Source: Anthoceros angustus (lineage: Eukaryota; Plantae; Anthocerotophyta). From it: a stretch of DNA of 64,000 nucleotides. The notes under the pieces were generated by a model that saw only the letters and a program-made list of their open reading frames with translations, was not told the origin of the DNA and made no database searches. Below, piece after piece: positions 13,297 through 25,629 of the stretch. Each line of letters starts with the position of its first letter. The stretch's first letter is position 1. Made by a program: the position numbers and the translations under genes. The stretch is taken from the NCBI GenBank assembly GCA_010909165.1, contig MU008167.1, positions 372,001 to 436,000 on the forward strand. Reading direction: 5' to 3'.

Positions 13297-13676
13297 GGGC
13301 GGATTCGCATGTGGGCACCTCCGCTTCCAAAATCGGAAAAGGGCCCGCCATAAACCATCTTTAGCATACGGAAGGCCTGCCCTATGTTTAAGGTAGGGGG
13401 GCTTTTTTTAGGTGATTGTAATCGGTTCCGGCTCCGGAAAGAAGCTACGATGCGGGCTGCATCCGATGCAGCCCGGGTACGGATGCAGCCCGGGTATAGC
13501 CGGTGTTCACTTTGGATTTTCAACACTGAGATCTACAAATTTACATGTCCCGTGTGTGAAGACACCGGAGACCTGCTGCGAAAAGTTCGGATTCAGTTTG
13601 CCACTTTACACGGATGCCCCGCCACATTAAAAAACTTACGGAACAGAGCCGGAAGCGGGTTCATGCGAATCCGCCC
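13297..13676. mobile_element. Tourist/PIF-Harbinger-type MITE (380 bp)
   Basis: Perfect 15-bp TIRs GGGCGGATTCGCATG (13297-13311) / CATGCGAATCCGCCC (13662-13676), flanked by TTA on both sides (13294-13296, 13677-13679). No transposase ORF. Confidence 0.85.
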
Positions 13677-14192
13677 TTACGGACTATAAGCTATAGAATT
13701 TAATATGGGGACTCATAACTTGATATTCTATGAACGATGAATTTAAGGACCTGAACTTAGGTGAGTATCGTATTATTACAAGGGAGAGTTTCTATGAAAA
13801 GCCCTTACGGGCTAAATAATAGAGAATTTGAGCTTACATTAAGGATCTATCATAATGTAAGCTTATGAGAACGTAAGGATGCATCAAGAATCCGTAATAA
13901 CTAAAGATGATAATATAAATTCACAGTAATAATTTAACTTGATAACAAGGATTCATAATATGATTATTTATTGTCATTGGATTATTACGAGAAAAATCTG
14001 GATGCAAATGGTAATAAGATAATAAACTTGGTGGGTGGTTAGTTATATTTATCTAATGTTGTCAACTTACACAAAATGTTGCAAAGCACCATATGTAAGT
14101 TTGGGTGGGATCAGCGAGAATGATGACCGAGATTACTCTATTCTCCATGTTGCTAACATATTGAATAAATCAGAAGTGAAGTGCAATAGAAT

Positions 14193-14338
14193 TCAAGACA
14201 TAAGGACGAATGATTGGATGCCAACCTAGAGACATAAGGATGAAGGATTGGATACTTACCTAGAGACAGAAGGATGAAGGATTGGATACTTACCTAGAGA
14301 TATAAGGATGAAGGATTGGATACGGACCTAAAGACAAT
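14193..14338. repeat. Minisatellite, 34-bp unit x~4
   Basis: acctagagacataaggatgaaggattggatactt repeated with a few substitutions. Confidence 0.85.
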
Positions 14339-17172
14339 AACTTCGTATGTAATTGGAAAGGGTGCACTAGTCTGATGGTCACAAAGGCCTCTGCGCCGAT
14401 GGCTTTCTTAGGGAGTTGGGGCCTATTTGCCCCCATCCTAGCGTCCTGTTTCTTAATCTGGGATTTGCGCATCTTGGAGTGGAGGCTTTCGTCTCGAGCA
14501 TTGAGGCGGGAGTTTTCCCCTTGCAAGCGTCCTTAAGGTTGGCCAAGGGATCTTTATCCTCAGAGGCTAGGGCTCATGCCTCATTTTCCCTCGCTCCTCG
14601 AGGTTGGGCTGCGTGGGCTTTTAGTGTCCCTCGTGGAGAAGCATTATCGGCATGCGCAGTTAGCCCATCTCTGGGATTGCTTCATTCCCAAGCCCACTCG
14701 ACCTCGCCTCCACTCTTGCTTGGGGAAGGGAGCAAGAACATGACTTTTGGCCCGATCCAATATCTAGGCGTTCCGTATCGCACCAATAACTTTTTCCACC
14801 ACAATACGATTTCACGCTGGCTTGGTCCAACCTCTAGCCTGCTCTCTCTCAATATGTCATGGAGAGCGGGTTCTTTGCCTTCAGAAAGCACCCATACACT
14901 CTACTCAATGGCATTTCTTTCAGGGCTAACCTATTTTTAACCCAGGGGGACCACATTTCTGTTGCTGATGTGCTTGTAATAGACCCTACCCGTAACAGTA
15001 TCTGCGAGCTTATTATCTTCAACCCTCTGGGTTGGGCGGCAGAGGGATGCGCGAGGCCATGGGCAAGGATTTCTCTAGGTTCGTCAAGGCCTGTACCAAG
15101 GCTTACCACAATCGCAAGAATGGGTTGGGTCTCACTCTTTCTTGTATTATCGCTTTCTTCAGGCAACAAATGTCCATCGCCCTGTAGAGGGCGTTGGCGA
15201 AGGCGGTGTACAAGATGGCGCCAAGCGCTGGGATATGGCATAAGTAGGCAAGAATACTGGTTTCGATGCCCAAAGACTTGCAAATTGCAGTAGAGCTCAT
15301 GAGGCAATATTGGACACAAGAGGTGGGAAGTCGCAGCTCCACTATGTGTCTTGATATTTGCGGTAATCCAAATCCAAGAAAAGTATTTCTTAAAGTGTTG
15401 TATCATCAAGATCTAATCATGCACGTTCTCTGCCTTTAGCTAAGCTTTATTTCTATTTAGTTAACTTAGTTTACTAGAAAAACTAATGTGGAGCCCCAGC
15501 AAAATTAGTTCTCTTTCAAGAAAAGCCCATCTGGGTCAGTCCTTGTCGTGCTAAGGTGTGCTAGACCTTCATTGAGTTGAGTTGGGTTGTAAAAAATTGA
15601 CGAAGCAAGTGAACTTGAGGAGTGATCCGTGCTTAGGAGAGCTAAAAAGATAGCACATGGAACGTGATATTGGGGAGAGGTTGTAGAGACGAGTTCCTAA
15701 AATTGAGGATAGCTTGAAAGAAAAGATATGTATGTTCTGTTAAGTCTGCTCTGGCTTAATGAGGATAACACACAGTTACACACAGTTACACACTTACATA
15801 CATACGAGGTTAGTGTCCGCTCTGAAACTCATTCTCATGCTATTGCACAAGTCTAGCAAGATTAACTGTGGTGAATGCATATAAGGGGTACATACTTAAT
15901 GGGTATGCCTAGGGGCTACCATGCTTTAATTGAATGGGCCTAGGAGCTACATGCATCAAGCATCCTCTACAGTTAGTCCCTCGAGTGTATAATTGAGCAT
16001 TTCACAGCATTGTGGCACATTTCACAGATGCATATAGAAGCCAAAGAGGGAGGCACCAATACCCTCCACACCAACCCTTCGTGCACACAAAGCTGAGAAC
16101 CGCGTATGGCATTGGAGAGAGTTTGTTAGTGCCAACACCAGAAAGGTGGCTTGAAGGTTGAGACAGTGGGTTGACAAAACAAGCACTTGGCTTGAGCCAA
16201 CGAGGGAGGCACCAATAATCTCCACACCAACCCTTATTCTTAGCATATATGGCCTTTCCAGACACTTGACGAAATGCTGAAGAAACTTCCCTCCTAACAA
16301 TTCAATGCTATAATAATTAGTTGCAACTCTAGTAATACCTGACTACCTATTTGGGAGCCTATGGTTGAGATCTACTTTAAGAGCATTTTATTTCTGAAAC
16401 CTATCCTCTATAATGAACTTTATGAAAAATGAATCTAAAATAAAGCAGGGGCAACTAAGTTTCACGTACTCACGGACGATCCACGTGGAAGCATTAACCA
16501 AGTTACAGGGTACTAGGGTTACTTCAGATTAAAAAACTCCAAAGTGCGAGACTTGGATGTATACTTCGAAATATCTATATAAAGTCTCCGAATTCTTAAA
16601 AAAAATAACATCAACCAAGTCAAGCTCGCATATAGTCCCGGATGGCATGTTTATGGCGGCCTATTTTTGAAAATTGGGCATGCGCATTGGAAATATATAT
16701 TGGTATAGACATAATTCCCATATTTCCTTGTGGTATTAAAATATGTAGTGTTTACCTTGGATCTTTACCTCGGGGCGCAATCTTTACCTCGGGGCGCAAC
16801 TGGCAAATGAAAGAGCGGCGGAAAAGGCGGGCCGTGGTGGCCGTGTAGTTAATGTGGAGCCGTAAAAAGAGCCCCAATTTTAAAGGGTCATTAAAAGCCC
16901 GCCCTGCTTTTGCCACGCCTGTCTTCTGTCTCTGGCCCTGCTTTTGGGGCAGCTTTTAAGCCTTTGACATACCAGTATTTTCAATCGTTGTTTCATAATG
17001 CATATGGGACAAGCCCAGGGGGCTCCAACTAGCCGCATTCATGAGGGGAAACGAGGGCTCAAATATATCCTTCGATTAACATATAAAATATTCTTACTTA
17101 TCAAAAGTAAGTGTACCAAGTCTGCTGAAGGTCTTAACTAACCTACACTGAGGCCATTTGGAAGATTGAACG

Positions 17173-17246
17173 TGCTCCCGGCGGGGCTCGAACCCGCGAC
17201 CTTTGGCTCATAAGACCAATGCTCTAGCCAACTGAGCTACGGGAGC
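17173..17246 (-). tRNA. tRNA-Ile(UAU), intronless
   Basis: Minus strand GCTCCCGTAGCTCAGTTGGCTAGAGCATTGGTCTTATGAGCCAAAGGTCGCGGGTTCGAGCCCCGCCGGGAGCA: perfect acceptor stem GCTCCCG/CGGGAGC, A and B boxes, anticodon loop CT-TAT-GA. Confidence 0.95.
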
Positions 17247-17737
17247 TTCGCACCAACATCATCGTGATAATTTCTAAGTTTCTGAATTAACTACATTTTT
17301 CCACATAACCAGAAGCACGAAGCGAAGTTATTCCATGTCCGGTACTCCAGTGCGCAACTCCTGCCAAGTGCGAGAGCAAAAACTCCATCCACCGGCTACG
17401 CGCAAGTCGTGAGGCTGCAGCCATGGATAAAATATCAGACTTGCATCATGAGGGATGTGGGCTAAAGCGTGAAGAGGCCCACCGCCAAACTGCCGCTCTG
17501 AAGAGCCACGCCTCGCGCGGTCGCAGGGGTCCTGGACTAACAGCCCTGTTACGCGGTTCAGTTCGGTTCGGTTCGGACGCTTGAATCGCGAATTGTGATT
17601 CGTGAATCGATTTCGGGCATGATTGCGCCGGGCAACGGCACCGTGGAATGCACGCGGCCGTCATTCAATGTTTTGCGGCTAATGCGGGGAGAATAGGCAA
17701 GAGCTTTGAATGCGGCGTGTGCAGCGTGGTACAACGA

Positions 17738-18091
17738 GGCAATCATCCAGGATGACTAGCCGGGCAAGCCTTTCCGGTCACGGAATTGTTTTCTCGATCA
17801 TCATTTTTAACGATTCCGAGCTCCCGGTTGCGTTGCTTACGCACAGCATACAATGTCATCTCCAGCGGTCGGCTTGGATTCCTCCCGAAGATAAGGTCAA
17901 GAAATTCTCTGATTGGCAATCATCCTGGATGACTAGCCGGGCCAGCCTTACCGGCCATGGAATTGTTTTCTCGATCATCATTTTTAACGATTCCGAGCTC
18001 CCGGTTGCGTTGCTCACGCACAGCATACAGTGTCTTCTCCAGCGGTCGGCTTGAATTCCTCCCGAAAATAAGGTCAAGAAATTCTCTGATT
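17738..18091. repeat. Tandem duplication, 177-bp unit x2 (high identity)
   Basis: ggcaatcatcc(a/t)ggatgactagccggg...ggtcaagaaattctctgatt starts at 17738 and at 17915. Confidence 0.9.
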
Positions 18092-20253
18092 AATTGCAGT
18101 GGTCTAGAGCTGCCGAGTGGCTCGTTGGCATCCGGAATTGAAGATTCCTGGTGAAAAACATCCATGGACCATCCTCCACATTCACAGTGTCGGATCACGG
18201 ATGACGACAGGAAATGCTGTGCTTAATTCCATACTCCATTTTGTAGCTAGCCTGAAATCATCAACTGTGGACGATCAGCTGGAGCGTTGCATTGCATGCT
18301 GCTCTGGAATCTTGAAGAACATGGAGCAATTCGATGGATATCATTCTTCAAGTGTTGGAGATGGACTGTCTGGCTGTCTATTAGGGAAGGGACGAGGATG
18401 ACGGATGGAGGAAGATGGTTTGGATGTGGATGCCGAAGATGATGATAGGTGCTGTGCTGCTACAGAGATGCTGCTGCATTTCGACTGTCCAGGTGAAGGC
18501 AGGGCCCGGCTTGCCACTCTCTTCATTAAGCCGCTGACAGGAATCGGATATGATATCGAACTGCACAGGCGCGGGAATCAAGAACACCGAAGCAAGGCAG
18601 CGAAGGGTAAGGAAGGGCACGGCCTCCAAAGGCGCGATGTCGGCCACGCACACCTGTGACCTGCTCGCTGTTTCTCGCAGCAGCTTTCCAAGCCGGTCAG
18701 GTCAGAGCCTGCAGCCTGCTAGCGTGCGTCCCTGGTCTCTGCACGTTGCAGGCCTGCCAGAGCCTCCTCACGGACAGCAGACACCCGCTTTCGGCTTCTG
18801 CCTCTGCTCCTGCCCGTTGCCTAGTAAAGGTACGTACATGTATCGCAATAAACCTATGTACATATGTGTGTTCGCCGATCAGGAAACAGGTTCCCCTTTC
18901 GTCGTTGCTTGCTGACAGTGATTCTCATCCCGCATTGCTCTTGCTCGGGATCGGCGTCGGAAAATTATGGAAGTCGCAGGTGCTCATTACGATGCCATGC
19001 TGCTTTATTACCGCAGAGCAATGGAGGCTGGAGCCCTAACCAGAACATGGATTCACGAGCCGTGGCAGCAGCAGGATTCCGCGACACTGTGTACCTGGCC
19101 GCTGTCCTTGAACTAGCATGTGGGGCCACCATGCTGCAGTCAGTACAGGAAGCAGCAGAAGGTAAAACCGTGAAAGCATCTACATTCCCAGGACCAGAGC
19201 GATTCCGTGTTTGCAGGGGAGTAAAAACAATGTTGTGGCCACGGAAGGAGCACAGCACACACCTGATTTTCTTGGCAAACAGACACACAGCATTGAAAGA
19301 GGAGTTATTGAAGTGCGAGAAGAGAAAGTGGTGGACAATCGTCTGTAATCCTGTAACAAGTCAACCTCGCAATGCGCACTCTGGAGTCTGGTGGCATCTC
19401 GTACATGTAGCCACACACTAGACACTGTAGGCACCTCCTCGACAAGTCCGGAATCAGAAGTTATTGCCCTTCCTTGGCTCCAACTTCCGGATCAGATTGC
19501 ACCACTGCAGAGGACTTCAAGCGAGCTTCCAACCTCTTCGGCTCCTGAAAAGTTGAAACCCTCAACTGCATCGGCTTCGTCCTTTGGAGTGCATTCACAG
19601 AGGAAGAAGATATACCTGCCCCAACCGAGACAGACTCGTCATTTGCTATTCTTCCTTTCCCTGGACGATGCTGATAGCCTACAGGAATGTCATGCTTTCA
19701 ATGGCGGGCGGGTCGGTGTTCTTTTTCAACACACGTTTTGTGCTTCAGATGAAACAATTTGACTCCTATGGTGGTCTTTTTCTATGCTCTGTAGCTGAAA
19801 AAGTTGACTCGTGTGCGGTATCCTCCAGCCTCCAGGCGAGGCCAATAAGAAATGTGATAAGCCGGGAAATCGAACATCCCCATTGGCCAATGGGTTATAA
19901 GGCGGCCAGAAAAATCCGTCAAAGCCTGGGAGCTGTATCTTCACGACTCCAGGGTCACCGCGTGGTCGCAGAATGGCGACTGGTTTCCTATCCGGTTCGC
20001 AGGGAACCTGAGGTTAACCGCTCTTCAAATGCTTCTGCTCTCCTGTGGAACTTTGGACAAGTGTGGCGCCTTCGAAGTGTCGGTGGAGTGAAGCACCGTG
20101 ATCTCACTCTCTGACACTTCAGGACATCCGCATTGCCTCTGCTGCCCTAGTGGATGCCGGCAACATGTTTGGCTGCTGAGCAATGACAGCGGAATTGCAC
20201 GGCATTTTGATTGCACAAGCTTTGGCGGGCCGGGTCTGATAGTGTCTGTCGCA

Positions 20254-23190
20254 ATGGCGATGAAACCAGGCCTTCTGTATGACTGGCCGTGGCAGAAGCT
20301 CGGCAGCCTAAAGGCAAGTTTGGATGTTCTCTTTTGAGGCAATTAGGTTGAGTGCTCAGATTTTGTGGTGTGCAGGAAGTGTGAGAAGTGCTGAGCTGAT
20401 CGAGTCCAATTTTGTGATGCAGTATCTTCTGTATCTCCCATTCGTAGCCAAGGCAGTGCATGCAAATTTTTTGGGAGGGCATGACGCAGACAATTTCTGT
20501 CTGCACATGTTGCTTGTAGCAGCATTGCGGTATCTGCACGGGCAAATGTGGATGACTCTGTCGAGGTGTCACTATTTAGTGGACAAGTATCAGATTCAGA
20601 CCAAAGGCATCAATTTCGACCAAGTAGACCGTGAGAGCAACTGGTATGATTCAGTCGGCATTCATTACTCCTCCTGTCAATTCGGTGATGGCAATTTGCT
20701 AGGCAGCAGGCTGTCCTTGATGGAATTGGTTGTAATGCTAACTAACAGAGGGCGTCCTTGTACTCGCAGGGAGGATTATATTTTGTTGCACGTACTCGTG
20801 GCAACAATTGTCCGTGCTGTTCTCCCTGGATTCACCAACTTACCTTTCTGGAGTCAGAAAGGTTTCATCATCATGCTTCTCCTTCACGGCGGGCCTACAG
20901 AATATGTGTACTATTGGGGACATCGGGCTCTGCATCACCACTACCTCTACACACGTTATCATTCTCATCATCATGCATCGTTTGTCACAGAGCCGATCAC
21001 AGGTGTGTATGGCCTCTAGCTGCAGAATTGCGGTCCTACTTCGAATTCGGTGAAGCTTCTTCTGATGAATTCCTGTCTTTGTCGTGATATTTTGTGCTAG
21101 CAGGTTCGGTGCACCCCTTTGCAGAACACCTCATGTACACGGCAATCTTTGCCATACCCATGCTTGGGACCTGGATTCTTGGGAATGCATTCATGGGCAT
21201 GTTTTACTTCTACTGGCTTTGGTTCGACTTCATGAACGCCGTAGGCCACTGCAACTTTGAATTCATGCCATCCTGGTTATTCCGTGCCTTCCCACCGCTC
21301 AAATACCTTGTGTACACCCCATCGTGAGTCCTCCTCCTGCGCCCTTCGGTGTTGCTACGTCGCAAGGACATGGGCTTGAACTGTCTGTCATGTGTAATTT
21401 GCAATCTTGCATTCTGAATTTCCGATTCTTCTGCAGATTCCACTCCCTGCACCATTCGCAGGTTCACACGAATTTCTGCCTGTTCATGCCTCTGTACGAC
21501 TATCTTGGAGGCACTGTCGATAAATCTTCAGACAGTCTTCATGCTGCAGTGAGGAAAGGTATCTTTATTTCTGTGGACTTGTATTTCTGACGGATAAGCT
21601 TCTTCATATCAGGAAACTGGTGACACATTCGAGAGGATGGTTGAATTGGTTGCTGAGTAGTGGCATGTGTTATCCCTCTCTTGCAGGTCGAACAGACAAC
21701 CCTGATTTTATCTTTCTCGCGCATGGGACTGAACTTCTGTCCACCTTCCACGTTCCCTTCGGCATCCCCTCATTTGCTGCACATCCCTATGCAGCAAAGT
21801 GGTATCTCTGGCCTTTATGGCCACTCACAGTTCCCGTCATGGCGTTACTGTGGATCTTTGGCCAGCCGTTTGTAGGTGACAAACGCACCCTCGGCAAACT
21901 ACGGTTGCAGACGTGGGTTATCCCTAGATTTGGTTTTCAGGTGAGCATCTTTAAAGCTTCAGTGACATCCTTAGACGTTCAGTCTTCTCGCAGAAGCAAG
22001 TTCATACCGAATTCTGAGGTCCCCGGACCCTGTCTATGTGGATTTTGCAGTACTTTTTACCCTTCGAGAAACGGAGGATCAACAGCCTCATAGAGCGTGC
22101 CATTCTGAGAGCTGAGAAGAAAGGAGCGCAAGTCATCAGCTTGGGTGCTCTGAACAAGGCATGGCGCCTCTGACATTGTCTCTCTTAAGTTCCAGCTTAT
22201 GACGTTGTCTCTCTCAAGGTCCTGCTCATGCTGCCTCCGTTTCTGTGGTGGGTACTGACTGATCATCTAACAGAACGAGGGCCTGAATGGTGGCGGAACT
22301 CTCTTCGTTCAAAAGTATCCAAATCTTCGAATCCGAGTGGTGCATGGGAACACTCTTACAGCAGGCGTGATGATAGACAAGATTCCCAAGGACGTGAAAG
22401 AGATCTTCCTAACAGGAGCTACCTCTAAACTTGGACGTGCAATTGGGTTGTACCTCTGCGGGCGTGGAGTGCGTGTCCTGGTATGCGCAATGCTCTGACT
22501 GTTTCCATGTAACTTAACCGGTGGAATGATGCATCCTATCTGACGAGCACCCCTCCACCTTGCAGATGTTAACCACTTCGAAAGATCGTTTCGAAGCCAT
22601 CAAGAGTGAAGCACCACCGGAACACCGAAACCTCCTGATCCAGGCAACCAAGTACCAAGATGGAAAATCGTGCAAGGTTTGTCCGCCTGCCTGAAATTCA
22701 TCCCTTAATCTTGTCTGCTCCAGCCCAAATTTCTTGACGATCTCCTTCCCGAATCTTCCAGCATTGGGTTATGGGCAAGTGGGCAAGCGCAGGAGACCAA
22801 AGTTGGGCTCCCAGCGGCACCCATTTCCACCAATTCGTGGTGCCCCCCATTGCCGAAGTCCGGGAGGACTGCACATACGGCAAGCTTGCTGGCATGCGGT
22901 TACCGAAGGAGATGAAGGGCCTTCGAAGCTGTGAGGTAACGACTTTCTGGTCCATCTGTCCGTGTCTCAAGCGACATAGTCTTTCTGCACTAGAGCGGCA
23001 TGATGACAAACTGTTTGGCCAATCTCCTGGACAGATGACAATGCCACGAGGAGTAGCCCATGCGTGTCATGCTGGGGGCCTTGTGCACGTCCTTGAAGGC
23101 TGGGACCATCACGAAGTTGGAGCCATTGACGTCAGCCGGATAGACTTGACGTGGGAAGCTGCCCTGAGGCATGGCTTCCGGCCTGTGTAA
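20254..23190 (+). CDS. CER1/CER3 (ECERIFERUM/GLOSSY1) family very-long-chain alkane-forming enzyme, CER1/3-type; 11 inferred exons
   Basis: [20 protein letters not shown]|YLL start; fatty-acid-hydroxylase His boxes [22 protein letters not shown]; WAX2 C-terminal domain with [50 protein letters not shown]. Two GC-AG introns (20314-20422, 22159-22273). Confidence 0.93.
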
Positions 23191-24451
23191 CTCATCATTC
23201 CTTCAGGACCTCTCGTGCCCCCCGGTACTGGTTGGTCGTGGACACATCTGGATACTCTCTAGTTTGGAAACTGATGTCGCTAAAAACAACTCGCAGGACA
23301 ACTGAATGGACACGATGTCAGTACCTACCTAACTGTAGGCCACCGATACGACAACGGAAACTACCTATGCCCTATGCGGGGTTTTCCGATGTTGGATGTT
23401 GGATTATTGTTTTCCATACCGGTCTTGGCCTTTAGCGAACGTTAATGTGTATCTCGTGAAACATCAGAAAAAAAATTATATACAACTACTTGCGGTATCA
23501 CCCAGCCCATTGAAATTGCCGACTAAATTTCCAAAACAAATCGCAAGAATCAACCACCCGGCAAGGACTGTTTGTTGCTTAATTGTATACTTTTTAACCT
23601 TTTGTCTTCGCCTGAGACCGCTAGCGAAATGAGGCCTAGTATGTTCTTTTTTGGAGCGCTGCGGCCAGCATCGTTAGGCTCAGCATGTGAGGTTACAAGA
23701 TTCACATGCGGTGCGCTGAACTGCTTCTTCGACACAATGAAGTGGTGAGAGGAAGAAGAAAAAGAAAAATTTTATTTAAGTCCACTAAAGACAGATTTCT
23801 GTCATTTCTGGCAGCAAAATCGAACCCGGGATCGCCTGTACACGGGGCATGATATTAACCTCAATGGAGAGTAGACATGTGTTTTCAAAATAAATACCTC
23901 TAATTAAACCCTAAACCCAGACCTCCGTTCCCGCCAAAGCTTTGCCCGGGATCTAGTACATCGATTGTATTCCCGCCAGTGGCCAAGTAGCCATCACCCC
24001 TTCTTTCTGAACGACACTTCTCTACCCTTCAGTTTACAGCCACTAGTTCATCATAAATAGTGCACGTGATCCTGGTTTTACAGCTCAGATCGTGGCCACA
24101 TTGTACAGTGCAAGACTAGGTCGAGGTACATGGCACCGGAACCACAACGCAGTACTCCACCTTTGTCTGTTTGCTTCTTGCTTGCTTCTTAGGCATGGCT
24201 GTACATTTTGATGTGCATCCTCCACAGCTCCTGCTACTCACAACCTACTGTTCGTCCAGATGCCCAAACACAAGAAGCCGATATTTCATGCGGAGGCGGA
24301 TACAAACTCTAGACGCTTGGCAACAACAGCCCTCACATGTGGAGATGTTGCTGTCGAGGCGGTAATTGGTGGTACAGGGCTCGAGGACTCCTTGATAAGA
24401 CCATGCCTTCATATGTTCCACATAATTTTATCTGGTTTACAAAATGTAAAG

Positions 24452-25629
24452 GAGGATAGTTGGACAGTGGTTGCATCGTATCTTAAGGATTCCGGGGAGA
24501 TCATATATTTTGAGATATCAGGGCTTGTGGTGCTTAGCCTCCAATGGCTAGAAATGGGGGTTTTTGATCAATTGATTGGAATATCCGGCGAACCTAGTGA
24601 TAGACGAGATTGGCTTCAAAATGGGTTCATGAGCAAGTGTGGGTTGAGCAAGCTTCTAAAGATGTCTTTAAACAAGGTTGGGCTTGAAGAGACCGATGTG
24701 AGCGAAGAACAATTTATCCAATTCTTTCTTGAGTTACACCTTTGTTTTGAAAGTAGAGATGGAGAAGGTCAAGTGCGTTACTTTATACCAATATGCATGT
24801 ATGGAGAAGGAGAGATAGCAGGAGCAGATCGACAACTAGAATGGCCTGCAGCGGATGATTCCACTGATTATATCTTTACCGGTTTGCGTTTACAATGTGA
24901 TGATCAAGATTGCACACTTCTCATACTAGGATTTTTCCCTCGGTTGCAGGTATGTAATTCTTTTAAAGATGAATCTTTCCTTAGTCCTACTTGCAACGCT
25001 GGTTTCTGAATGCTTTCTGTTATTGACCACGTCTACACTGTTTTTGTCTGTATGTGTGATAGGTTTTATTGTACACCTATTGTTTGGAGAAAGGTTGGGT
25101 TGATGAGGATGTTATATCGATTGATTCGGCCGTAAAGCTGCAGCCCAATATGCCACTCATATTTATAGAGTTTCTTGATATCTTTGTAGAATTTAATGCA
25201 GAAATAAGTTGTTACATAGATATATTGGTTCGATCCACCGAAGGTTATTTGAGGTCCTTATCGTTCTTGCAAGAACATATTGTATCTCAAATTGGTTCAT
25301 TTTGTGCTTCGTATGAGGGTTGTGTAGGGGTTACCTTAGTTGAAGGTGTCCTGAGACGTGAATGTGTAGTGTCCCTCATGCTATGTAGACACAGAAAACA
25401 TCAATGCATTATGACAGATAAGCTTATGAAAGAGGTGGCTACTACAAAAGAAAAGGGCTTTGCCCACTACACGCAGTCTTGGGGAGCTATCTCCACCAGT
25501 ACACAAGGCCAGCCACCTATTTTGAAGGACAACAAGGAGTATGCAACCGTGGGAGATGGTCACGTCATCTTGGGGCGAAAAGAGGATATGGCCAGAGCCG
25601 AAGTAGAGTATGAAGATTACTATTTCTGA
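24452..25629 (+). pseudogene. TORNADO1-like ROCO protein fragment (COR region only; LRR and Roc absent), one intron 24950-25062
   Basis: LKDSGEIIYFE..LVVLSLQWL, NGFMSK, LELHLCFE..YFIP, GLRLQCDD..LILGFFPRLQ|V, YIDILVRS, GVTLVEGVLRRECV match the TRN1 COR region. No LRR or P-loop upstream, and the ORF ends early. Confidence 0.75.

Noticed and set aside
14193-14338. 34-39-bp periodic repeats (also 7180-7291 and 42507-42623) superficially like CRISPR arrays
   Set aside because: No unique spacers, no cas genes and a eukaryotic context; these are ordinary minisatellites.
14400-15420. ORF-rich block with RVEDNKLAD (RNase H-like) and DTVTGRVYY (WW-like) snippets on the minus strand
   Set aside because: The matches are too short and broken by stops to assign. 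Probably a decayed TE, but not supportable.
19089-19112. VYLAAVLE, identical to a histone H2A motif
   Set aside because: Only 8 residues, and the flanks show no H2A similarity.
23906-23918. AAACCCTAAACCC telomere-like/telo-box motif (also aaaccctaa at ~26609 and ~42433)
   Set aside because: Fewer than two full units and not positioned at a clear promoter.
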